A stretch of 64,000 nucleotides of DNA from Selaginella moellendorffii (lineage: Eukaryota; Plantae; Lycopodiophyta). The stretch is taken from the NCBI RefSeq assembly GCF_000143415.4, contig NW_003314261.1, positions 3,464,880-3,528,879 on the forward strand, given 5' to 3'. Each line of letters starts with the position of its first letter. Within the stretch, counting starts at the first letter, position 1. The notes under the pieces were generated by a model. It had not been told where the DNA came from and did no database searches. It worked only from the letters and a program-made list of their open reading frames with translations. The translations under genes and the position numbers were made by a program. Positions 24,639-36,592 of the stretch are shown in pieces.

Positions 24639-24928
24639 GGTTTTTCTTCCGGATGATCCTCCTGGAAGGAGATTGGAAAGACAAAATTACAACCCAAGCA
24701 TAGAAACGATCTAGTCTTCAGCAGTAAACATCGCAATGCTCGAAAGTTCTAAGAAACAAAGAAGGAGCTCCTAGAATCCAAGACCCATAGCTAGAAACTT
24801 GAGAAATACAAGCTCTCACCTGGGTCTACTCCCCGAAGCCCTAAAAGTATGCTCTATGAAATGGGTAAAAGACTATAAGGATATTTTTGGCATATTCGAA
24901 AATTCAAAAAAAGAGCAAGCGATATGGA

Positions 24929-26520
24929 TCAAGCTTCGGCCATTGGCTCCGGGCCAGACGAGTCGAACGATGGCGCCGTCGCCACTGGTGTCACCGAGTT
25001 AAACAAGATGTCCTTGATCACCTGGAAGAGGAACGCAAGAAAGTTGAGCATAGAAATCCAGAGTTTTGTGTAAGTGGGCTTCGTCCTACCTGAGACATCA
25101 ACCCGTGAACTTGCTCGACGGTGATCTTCGAGCTGTCCTTGGTGATCTTGGCGAGCTGGGATTCCTCCTGGTAAAAGCACACATAGATTGTCGATTCTAG
25201 TCTCTTCTTAGTCTCGACGAACAAACTCACCTCTTTCTTTTTCTGTGAAGGCATGAAAAAGCCTCCCATTCGACCAGAGTGAGCCAGTTGCGTTTCAGTC
25301 TGCTCTAGCTTCTCCGCTGCATGAGTAGAACTCGTTGAGAAAAGATAAAACGAAAGTAAGACTACTTGCCAAGGTCAGAGATCTGTCCGGCCACATAGTC
25401 TCGACTGCCCAAAAGTGGCGACGAAGAGAGAGTGTTCAGCCAGTATTTGTTCCACAGCAAGTCCAGCAAGTGTGAGTCCAATGAAGACTTGAAATACGTG
25501 ATGTCCAGAGGGTAGTACTGCACCAACAAAAGAAAAACGAATCAGTGTTGTTGCGACTCAGACATAGAAGAAACAAAGATTATACCTGTTTGCAGTGGAC
25601 GCCGAAATCCTCGATCTTGTTCAGAGGAATGGTCTGGTACTCGGACGCCGGCTCGTCCGGAGGCTTGTATCCCTGAGGATAAGTCCTAAACGCACCAATC
25701 TCCACTTTACCAGCCGAGACAGTCCTTGTGGGATCGATGACAACAGCCAGGAACGGCTCCTGGTACTGCTGGTTGAGAACTTGCGTGGTGACATCAATGC
25801 CAGAGAGCCAGCAGCCATAGCCAGGATGCGAGTGGTACCAGCCAACAACATTCTCCAGTCTCCCAATCTGTGAAGAAGAAGGCGGTCAGAACCTAGAAAA
25901 GAAACCAAAGAAACCACCTAGAAGAGATGGCGGCAGGATCTAGAAGCTAGAACTCACAAAAAGAACTTCTGAAAATGAGAAGAACTATCTAAGGACACAA
26001 GAAAGAACAAGAAGAACTAGAAAGAACAGCTCAGCTAAACGAAAGAGAAAAAAGGATCTAACGTGAGTACCTGCTTGTTGGTCTGTACGTAATCCACCAT
26101 GTACTCGTAAGCATCGGCCTGGGCATTCACCCTCGTCTCGGTTCCCTCCACGGGAAGAGCAAAGGCGTCCATGACGATGAAAGTATCACCCTCGATCTTG
26201 CCTTGCATGATTCCCATCACCTCTAAGGTACCTCCAGACCTGGCGTGGACAACCATCTTGAGCAGCGCCAGGGCCGAGATCTTGACGTTCTTGAAGTAGT
26301 GAGGATCGCGAGTCCAGGGCTTTTGCTGCTGGATCGCGCTCTGCGCCGCCTCGTCGTAGGCGTAGATGCTATCGCAGCTATCCACCGCTGCGGCCGCCGG
26401 GGCCGAAGAGGACGTACCTAGGCGCGAAGGCGACGAAGACCCGGACGCGGCGTGCTCCATGGGGACGATGTTGTTCTCCAGCTCCCAGCTCTGCCTCGCG
26501 ATCGAAGAGGACGCATCCAT
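24929..26520 (-). CDS. CSN5: COP9 signalosome subunit 5 (JAMM metalloprotease)
   Basis: [82 protein letters not shown]. An alternative upstream ATG lies at 26559. Confidence 0.96.
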
Positions 26521-29500
26521 TGCCTCGCGCTGCTCGGATTTCTTCTTCCTCTTGCTCATGTGAAGGAGGAGAGAAAACCCATTAGGGCTTACTAGAAGCA
26601 GAGTGATTCTCAAGTATATTCTCAAGCATCCTTTAGATTAAACTTTAGGGTTCTAGTTTTTCAAAAAATGCCTCAAACTAAATTAAAACTATTTCATATT
26701 AATTAAAAAAATATAAAAATAAGCTTCACAAAATACAATTTCAGTATCAAATTTTCATTCGAATTAGTTTGAGTTTAGTAGTATTGGAATCAATCTTAAT
26801 ATTAAAACTAGTTTCAATAGTAACTTTTTAACTTTTTCAATTGAATTATGTAAATTCATTGAGGCTTACCAATATATATTTATTGCATGTGTATAAAATA
26901 AATTTAATTTTTCTAACATGTAAAAATTGATGTGTGATAATTATATACATTTCACAATTTTTATGTCATATTTCATTATGGTTTCAAATGTTTTATTCTA
27001 TGCTAAATTTTTAGCTCTGAAATTTTTTAATAATAATTATTAATTTTTAACAAAAAACAAAATGTTATAAGGTTTTTTTTATATAGGATATTTTGTAAAT
27101 TTTTAAAACTTTAATTAAATATTAATTTAAACATTAACAAACTAGGCGTTATCATAAAAAAAAGTCACTCTCAAAGATATTCTTCTTCAAGCATTTTAGG
27201 AATTTTGAGAATCTCACCAAGATCATTTACCTTTAATAAAATTAATACTTCTACTTTATATATAGATGCAATATCTTAATAGCACATTCGCATTAAGTAT
27301 TATATAAAGTTAAAATAATTTTTAAAAATTAAGTAATTTTATAATATATTCACTAAACAACCTATATATAGTGAAATAAAAGTAAATTAAAATGTTATTA
27401 TACAATATAATTACTCCTCAATAGTTATATTATCACCCAATACATAGGTATAACCTTCTTTAATCACACTAGCTTTTCCTTGGCTAAATTAGCTATATTA
27501 AAGTCTTCCTCTTATTCTTGACAATGTAATTAAACATCCTTTCCAACAAATCTTACATATACAATTAAAGAAATACTATGACAACTCAAAACAAACATTT
27601 TGCAAAATTGATACTTGAATTTATGAATTTAAACTTCAAAATTTTTAAATATATAGTTTTCCTTTAAACTTCAAAGAGATATGAATACTCATATAAATAT
27701 TTTTTCTCATTATAAAATATAGATTTAACTAACTCATAAATAATATATACTAAAATAAATATTAGAGTAGGGTTAAAATAAATTTTCTAATGAATATTTC
27801 ATTTGAAGCAGCAAGGGAGTTGTATGATATATAAAACATTTTAACAAATTAAAAAAACATAATTTAGAATAATTAATCTATAAATATTTTGAAAAATTAA
27901 TTATGTGAGGGCCAAGTGTATGGCTACGTGTAAGGAACCGACTCCCCAAGGTGTCGTAGGCTAAAGGATCCTCGAAAGCATAACCGAAATGACAAAGAGT
28001 TCATCGGATAGGACCGAGTCGAAGATCGAGTCGAAGACCAACTCTGAGACCAAGTTCGAGATAGAGTCCGGAATCAAGTCCGAGGCCGAATTGGAGACCG
28101 AGTTCAAGACCGAGTTTGAGACAAAGTCCGAGATCCAAATCGGGTCCGAGGTCGAGTTCGAAGTCAAGTCCGAGATCGAGTCCGAGGCCGAGTTCGAAGT
28201 CGGGTCCGAGATCGAGTCCGAGATCGAATTCTAGACTAAGTCCAAATACTAATATGGGTCAAGGGGTAAAAGCCCAAAGCGTGCATCTCCCGGGGGGGGG
28301 GGGGGGGGGGGGCTGCAGGGGGTTCCAAAAGTATAGTAGGGATAGTGAGGTCTAGGAACCAGTCTTGAAGGAATTCTTCAGTGGTGCTTCCAAACTGACT
28401 TAAGGTTGAGACTAGGGCCAAGGTGCCTTAGGTGGGAGTGAGCATGGGCTTGGGTGGTGCCGGAGGGGCCACCCAGGGAAGTGCTCAAGAGCAGCTCCCA
28501 CTCCGGAAAGGGAAACCAACTACGGTGCTCCCGGCTCATGTGGAGTGGTGCCCCACTTGAGTACTTTGTGGCTTATTGGTCCTCGCCCTTCCTAGGGGCT
28601 TGGGCCTTCCCTTCAGGATGGAAGTGGGGGGGTAAAGGTACCCATACCAGGCCGTTAGGCCATAGTGTTTTGCCCCGATGTCCTGAAGCAAGCGTTGCAC
28701 CCAAGGCTTGGGATTTAGAGGGTCCCATGATCAAGTCTTGTTGTACCAAGGGGTGTTAGGAACATGGAGGCTTGGTGTGCTTGGCTACTTGTGCCTACGG
28801 GGAGTGTAACCAAACCTTAAGTCCAGTCTAACACTGGGAGGGGGATTAGGAAAGATTTGGGAATCCGTGGATGGATGGGTAACGCTCTGTTGCTCATGTA
28901 GTGAGTACCTGAAACCAAGTAGGAGCTAGTACAATAGGCGGGAACCTTGGCAAGGGAACTTAGCACAAGCCAAGGCAGTGTTGGTTGGATAGACGAGGTA
29001 AGCTGGCAAATTGGAAAGGAAAAATTTGTGGCTTACAATTTGGTATGGGAACCTCTTCCTCAGTTCTAGCGAAGGATAGAGGCGGATTGTTGGGAGATGG
29101 CAAAGGCAGGGTGTAAGCGAACCCAGGCGGAGACGGAACCTCCGCCAGAGCTGGAGCCTCCGGTCGAACAAGAGGCTATGGATGAGGAATCCTTGCATGA
29201 GGAGAACTCCAGTGAAGAAACTTCCAAACAGGAGTCCGGTGGCGAGGTTCGGTTGTCCAAGGCTCGATTGGACGTTCTAGAAGGTCAATTGGCACAGACC
29301 AATGCCCTGCTAGAGACTCTCCTACGCAAGCTAAAGCGTGACGAGAAGCGGAAGAAAAAGAGAAAGACTGCGGATGCTGGCAGTGTAGAAGGTGCGGACC
29401 CTTTGGCAGGGACTGAGGCAAAACCAGACAAGGTTGAACAAACCGAAGTGGAATCAGTCCTTCAAGTAGTTTCCAAGTACAAACCAAAGCCCCCACCGGT

Positions 29501-29962
29501 CTTCAAGGGAGTGAATGACTATAAGGTGGTGGAGGATTGGTTTTACGATATGGAGGACTACTTCCGAGCGTTGCGGTTACTGAGCTCGGAGAAGGTCCCA
29601 TGTGCAAAACCATACTTAGCAGATAATGCCAAGTCTTGGTGGAGAATGACAAAGGCCAACAAAGGACCGGTGGCCACTTGGGAAATGATGAAGGTGAGGA
29701 TCCGCGCGACTTATATTCCTCCAAATGCTACTCTGCATCTAAGGGACGAGTTGAGTAGGCTGAAGCAGAACGGAACCATTCAAGAATATATGAATGGGTT
29801 TGTGGCAAAGAGGATACTTGTCATGGACATAGGGGATATGGATGCGTTCCATGCCTTCATATCAGGTTTGCAAATCTGGGCTCGCGGTGAGGTGATGCGT
29901 TGGAACCCAACCAACTACAAGGAAGCAGCTGATGCGACCATCAAGGTGCATTTCAACGATAA

Positions 29963-31691
29963 TGTGAGACACAAAATCCCTAGGCCCCAAAGTGGAGCCG
30001 AAAGGGTGCCACGTGGTAGTGGCCGAAGCAAAAGCCAAACGAGCGTAACACGTTTGGACTAAAAGGCTCCGACTTGAAAGGTCGAGAGCAAGAGTGGAAC
30101 TCCCAATGGAGTGCTCAAGGAATGAGCATGAAGCGGGCAATAAGCGAGGCCTCAAAAAGGGACCCAAAAGGACCAACACATCACTCGAGATGGAGTCCGA
30201 GATGGACCGAGATGGAGTCCGAGATGGACCCGAGATGGAGTCCGAGATGGACCTGAGACGGAGACCAAGATGGAGTCCGAGATGGAGTCCGAGATGGAGT
30301 CCAAGATGGACCCGAGATGGAGTCTGAGATGGACCCGAGATGGAGTCCGAGATGGAGTCTGAGATGGACCGAGACAGAGCCCGAGAATGGAGTCCGAGAT
30401 GGACCTGAGATGGAGTCCGAGATGGACCGAGACAGAGCCCGAGAATGGAGTCTGAGATGGACCCGAGATGGAGTCCGAGAAGGACCTGAGATGGAGTCCG
30501 AGGTCGAGACCGAGACCGGGACGGAGACCGAGATCGAGACTGAGACCGGGACTGAGACCGAGATCGAGACCGAGACCGGGACCGAGACCGAGATCGAGAC
30601 CAAGACCGGGACCGAGACCGAGGCCGAGGTCGAGCCTGAGTCCGAGTCCGAGTCCGAGTCTGAATCCGAGTCCGAGTCCGAGTCCGAGTCTGAGTCTGAG
30701 AGGGTGAAAGCCCAAAGCGTTCGTCTCCCAAACCCTGGGGGGTTTGGTGAGCTCCAAAAGTATAGTGAGGGGGAGGACTGCAGTGGAGCCAGTTTGGCTA
30801 GGAAAGGCCAGTTTGGCCCAGGAAGGCCAGACCCAGTGTTGGGTGATGAACTGACCACTGGGAAGTCCAAGACTAGAGTGAATACGGACTGACAAGCGGG
30901 GTAGCTTGGTGAAGTATTCAAGAGTCGACTCTAGTTCCCCCGGGAGATCGACTGGCCGATGCTCCTAATCCAAGTGTGGGTGGCACTACCTACTTGGATA
31001 CCATGCATGGCTCAACGGAACCTCGCTCTAAGCCCATGGCTAGAGCACCTAAAGGCAGAAGGTGGGGAGAGTACCCACGGGGCTCGCATAGGCCCACGGT
31101 ATTCCAAAATGTTGTCCAGGAGTCCCAAATGGGGGGAAAGGAGGAGGAGCAGTCCTCTAGACTAAGGATACAGTCACATGGTGAGGAAGTCCCAAAGGAC
31201 CATGGGACTTAGTGGTCGGGCCTGTGGGCCTTGATCTAGTGGCAGTGTCGGCAAACATGGCCATAGACAGAAAAGAGACTTGGTAGGAACTGACAAAGGG
31301 ATATTGGGGAAGGCTATTCCCCATGTTTGTGGGCATCCTAAGGATGCTAAGGAGTGGATCTTGGATGACCACTCATGGACAGATGGCCCAGTCTTGGAGA
31401 GACGGAAATGTGATGCAAGTGGTATTAGACCACTAGTGCGGCAAAGGTGAATGGATATGGCCTTAGCGTAACGGGCCAATATGTCAGTGGTACCTTTGGG
31501 TGTCGGTCTTGGGACTGGACACATGGAGCACTTGGACCAAGTGCAAGAAATGAGTGGCATGGATGCCATTCTCGGGACTAGCAGGTCCCAAGTCTTGAAT
31601 TGGACTTAAGGAGGTTGTGAATGGGACTCCTCCAAGTGGTCAGAGGTGTGGTTAAGTGACTAAAGTAGAATGGAAAAATTAGTCGCTTACA
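29963..31691 (+). mobile_element. Solo LTR (family C) inserted into gag of element B
   Basis: TGTGAGAC...CTTACA flanked by a perfect 5-bp TSD GATAA (29958-29962 and 31692-31696). Homologous to 45475-46978. Confidence 0.92.
30187..30700. repeat. LTR-internal minisatellite array (GAGATGGAGTCC / GAGATGGAC(C)C, then GAGACC, then GAGTCC units)
   Basis: Directly visible tandem units. Related shorter arrays at about 28010-28235 and 45700-45980. Confidence 0.9.
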
Positions 31692-34296
31692 GATAACCTA
31701 CGAAAGGGGAACACGATGGGGTCGGGGCCCATGTTTAGCAAAGGGGCTAAACCAAGGGGAACGTATAGCAAAGGGAAATTCAAGAAGAGTTTTTCTAAGA
31801 ATGAGTCCTCGGGGTTTCAGAAAGGCAAATCCAGTGGCCAGCGAGTGAGTACATAGGGGAGTCAAGCAAAAAGAGACAAACCCGCGGATAAGAAGGTCAA
31901 GTCGTATAGCAGTGTGGGAAACAACGTATGCTACAACTGCGGTGAGGCGGGACACTTTTCGAGGGAATGTCCTTACCCGAAGAAGGCTAGAGCCAATATG
32001 GCCATCAAGTCGGGTGAAGTCCAAACTGAGGTATGTGATTCAGTCCCTAACTCAAAGTTACTCATTACACGAGTAACTTTGGTAGAGAGTCGTTCACGAC
32101 ATCTACTAACCCTCCGAGGGAAGCTCGGAGGTAGCTTTGTTAAGATCATTATTGACACGGGTGCTTCAGATAATTTTGTGGTTGCAGACATAGTCCGGCA
32201 AGCTGGACTAACGATGCAGTGGCCAGGCGAACCAAGGACTATAGAGTTTGTTCAAAGTAGCCAAAGCACCAATGAGGTACTTCGACAAGCGAGAGTCGAA
32301 GTAGGGACTTGGAAAGTGGACATGGATTTCACTGTGTTAGACATGGTGGGATTTGACGTGATCTTCGGAATGGATTGGTTCAATCGGTTCGTAGTAGCCC
32401 TACATGGACAAGGTAGAAACCTTGTGGTACTGGCAAATGCCCAAGGAAGAAGATCTAGGGTGGAGGCCCAAGATCTAAAGGTAGGGCAAAGCAAGGCCAA
32501 AGATTCTTGCTTAAATCTGATGTCCACGAGAGGACAACTCACTAAAGGAACTAAGGCAGCATTTTTGTGCTTACTCTCGGTGAAGAGTGACAAAAAGACA
32601 AGAACGGAAGAAGTACCTTTAGTGATTTAGCGGGTGTTGGACCAATTCCAAGATACCATGCTGGAGGAACTACCGGCGGGGTTGCCCCCCACATGGCTAA
32701 TAGAACATAAGATTGAGCTGGTCAAGGGTGCTGAGGTAGTGGTTCATCCCCCCTATCATTTGAACGAAAAAGAACTCGAGGAGCTCAAGTGCCAACTAGA
32801 GGAGTTGGTGGACAAAGGGTATGTTAGGTTGAGCAAGTAGCCGTATGGGGTGCCGGTGTTATTTGTGAAAAAGAAAGATGGATCTATGTGCATGTGCATA
32901 GACTACCGGTTGCTCAACAAGTATACAAAGTAGAACAAGTACCTTTTGCCAAGGATTGAGGACCTGTTCGATAGGTTGAGAAAGGCAAAATACTTCTCGA
33001 GGATTGACCTGAGGTCAAGATACTACCAGATAAGGGTAGCAGAGGAAGATGTCGAGAAGACAACCTGTCGAACTAGGTATGGGAGCTTTGAGTTTCTGGT
33101 GATGCCCTTTGGGCTGTGCAATGCGCCGGCAACGTTTTCGGCGTTAATGAACCATATCTTTGTACCCTATCTGGATCACTTGGTGGTCGTCTATATCGAC
33201 AACATCCTGATCTATAGCAAGACGCTAGAGGAGCATGCCAAACACTTGGCAAAGGTGTTTGAGAAACTAAGGGAACACAAACTGTATGCTAAAGAGAGCA
33301 AATATGACTTTGCTCAACAAGAGGTAAAGTTTCTCAGGCATGTGGTGGGCCAAGACGGCTCAAGGTGGACCCGGAGAAGGTCCAAGCGATCCAGGAATGG
33401 GAGCGACCATCGAATGTACATGAGTTAAAGGCATTCTTGGGGCTATGCAACTACTACCGAAAGTTTATCAGACACTATTCGAGAGTAGCCTTGCCCTTAA
33501 CGGACCAAACAAGAAAAGGGAAAATGGTATGGACAGTGGAATGCGAGGCGGCATTCATCCACCTCAAAGGGAAGTTGAGGAAGGCTCCCGTGTTGGCATT
33601 ACCAGACTTTTGTAAGGACTTTGAGGTAGAAACGGATGCTTCAGACTTTGCATTGGGCACAGTTCTGAAGCAAGACAACCATCCAGTAGCATTCTTCTCA
33701 AAGAAGTTGGACAAGGCTCAACGGAAGTGGCCTGCCCATGAGAAGGAATTGTTTGCGGTGGTCAAGGCACTCAAGGAGTGGCGACACTACCTTAGGAGAC
33801 ACTTCAACGTTTACGCGAACAATGTGGCAACGAAACACTTCTTGTCACAGCCCGACCTGAGAGGGAAACAAGGTCGGTGGGCCAATGCCTTGGCCGAATT
33901 TGATTGTGAAATTCAGTACAAGCCTGGGAAGAGCAACATCGTGGTGGATGCGCTAAGTCGAAAAGCGAGCTTAAGGTTGGCAATATCCAGCATGACAGCA
34001 ACCTTTTGGGACGATGTGCGGACAACATATGAGAACGATGGTCTAGCCCAAGAAGTGTTGCTAAGGAATCTAGAAGCACGGGAAGCTCACCAGAAAGGTG
34101 AGGTCCTAACGGAAGAGAAAACAGGTTATGCGGAACGCAACGGACTCATCTATTACAAGCAAACAAGGGTGTATGTTCCAAAAGGGGAACTAAGGAAGGT
34201 AGCCTTAGAAGAGTGTCATGACGGACTTCTTGTGGGACACGGCGGAGTGCCCAAGACAATGGGCTTACTCAAGAGGAAGTACCATTGGCCAGATAA

Positions 34297-36592
34297 GGCT
34301 TGGCGTGACTCCCCATGCCAGTGCACCAACTTATACTTAAAGCGCGCTACCGATCATAGCTTAGGAACTTAGTTCCTCCACACTGCCCAGTCCTCTCACT
34401 TGGTAAGTCTGTGATCATGCATGGACTCCTCCATGCTTGACCTCATGAGCCACCCCCTTTTGAAGTTAGCACCTTCAATTAGGGTATTTGTTCCTCCGAC
34501 TTGTCAACCTCGCTTAGCAAGTCTCCCGACCACAGTAACATGGTTCATGCATAAGCATGAAAGTCCTTAACCATCAACTTTCATCCAAAGCCATCCTTTT
34601 GAACACTCGAGAACTATTTCCCCAACCTTGATAGCTTTACTTTATAGCAAGCTCCAAGACCATACTTCTGTTGTGCCACTTTGATTTCGCGTGTTCTATG
34701 AACCATTTATACTTGTCTTTCTGGGTACTAAGCTACCTAGAATTGTCTTTGGGAACTTTGAAGGAACTTTGTCCTTTAGTTTGCTAAAACCTCTCCTTTC
34801 GCAAGCTTTCTAATTGCTATATAGTCTAACATGGATAGTTCCATTTTTTTCAGACTTTCTATAGCATCATAGTTGCTACTATTAACACGCTCAAGCACCC
34901 ACTTGATTCCCCACTCCTAACTTGTATAACCACCCTTGGTTATGCTTTTTGATTCCTATGGTTTGGTTCTATCCCTTTATTACTTGCTTTTTGGCTCCAC
35001 ACATTTCTTTTGGTTATTCTCCTCCAAATTAGGAGGATCAATAGCTTTGCACTTTCTACCATGCATTAGCAAGTATTCTTAGGGATGAACCTACTGAATG
35101 GCTTAGAGAGTGGTTCCTTAATCCGGATATGCTCACTTTGTAATCCCATACACCAGGATTAAGATTGCTACATATGGGCCTTTATATGTCTATTGCTAGC
35201 CTTGCCAAAATCCCTTTTTGGTTTTGTCCAATTCAAATAGACAGACTTCTCTCGTCTCTACAATCTTAAACACTTGGATAGCATCTCCTATCCATCATTC
35301 ACTAGGGATTTAATCCCTTGGGCCTTATCTAATGCTCTTATAACACTAGTGTTTTAGAGTGTTTGGGTGTACTAATAATGGCCTTCTTTGACAATGACTA
35401 TTCCCTTTACGACATTGACTTACTATATCGCAACATAAGTAATTTATCCTCCATAAGGGTATATCTAACTTCCTTATCCCAATAAGAAGTATTGAGTAGT
35501 TACCTTCTATCATTTTAATCAATTATTATTTTGCACCTTTTGTTTAGTTGCCTCATAGTGGTCAAGTCCTACAATTCATTACTGGTGCTTCCACACCTCC
35601 ATCATTATTTGGGTCATCACATTCCAAGTGCATGCTTTCCAGCTTAGGCTATGCCATTCCCATTTCCATTAGGATTCATTTGGGAAGGGGTTCTTATGAA
35701 CCTGCTAACTTGACCTCAAGGCATCACACTTTAGCACATTCAGTGTCTCCACATGATCGGTTCCACGAGCTTACCTTTATGACACTTATTACTTGTGTTT
35801 AGGTCTTTGCCAAGAATAATATCATTGTTTCTCATATCAAATATCTATTAGCACATATCATAGAGTTCACACAACTTTGTATCAAAGTTGTTTTCCTCTG
35901 GGAACACTTTTCCCACGACTTAAGTATGGCACCTTTTGCCATCAATAAGTTACCCACTATTCTCATACTTAGATTTTATGATCCTCCCCATCCTTTGTGG
36001 GGCTCAACACACCTTAGTCCAAATGTTTTTACCAATCCCTTAGGACTATTCCTTGACTCTACTTGAGTCATCTAGCTTCTTTGGACTTTGCTAATCTGAT
36101 GACCCACAAAATTCTACTTTTGAGGTGCCAGTTCGCTAGAATACAACTTCTTGTATTCACATCCCACACATAAGGACCATCTTTGCAAGTATTACTCTAA
36201 CACTTGATTATTTTCCGTTCCCTATAGGCTACCTTTGCCCCTTAGGACTATCCATTCATATGATGAGAATATCAACTCAATCCTCTAAATACACCCCCAA
36301 CTCCTTGGGTTTGTTCTAGCATTTACAAAAGGTAGCCCCAACTACCATTTTAAGGACTTGTGTCCTCATTGTGGTGGGTATGAAATGTGCCATTTTCGAA
36401 AATCAGTCCACCACCACGACTATTGCATCAAACCCCTCTCTTGGGGGGAGTCTCGTGATAAAGTCCATCATAAGACATTTCCACGGACGATCTGGAATTG
36501 GGATGCTTTGCAACAAGCCCCCACTAGCCTTAGTCACGGCTTTGACCTGCTAACATGTGGGACATGTCTTTACATAGTCTTGGATCCTGGGT
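34297..36592 (-). mobile_element. Inverted retroelement segment carrying an integrase fragment (about 36365-36590) and degenerate non-coding element sequence
   Basis: Minus-strand IQDYVKTCPTC*QVK...GLLQSIPIPDRPW..MMDFITRLP..GFDAIVVVVD*FSKMAHFIPTT. Confidence 0.75.

Larger units (their letters stand above)
27929..34296 (+). mobile_element. Element B: truncated, decayed Ty3/gypsy (5' LTR 27929-29037, gag, zinc knuckle, protease, RT, RNase H, integrase N-terminus)
   Basis: LTR TGTAAG...CTTACA, PBS-like TGGTATGGGAACC at 29041, gag from 29097, [51 protein letters not shown]...GHGG..YHWP. Contains internal stops and frameshifts. Confidence 0.92.

Noticed and set aside
26640-27900. Very AT-rich stretch (and 49730-50490) as a possible DNA transposon
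   Set aside because: No TIRs, TSD, Helitron ends or coding remnants could be identified by eye.
30187-30700. CRISPR-like appearance of the repeat array
   Set aside because: Contiguous tandem units with no unique spacers and no cas genes, in a eukaryotic LTR context.
29862-30921. Several 190-290 aa low-complexity ORFs (RS-, LG-, SD- and ET-repeat) on both strands
   Set aside because: They are by-products of the stop-free LTR minisatellite and show no domain or gene structure.
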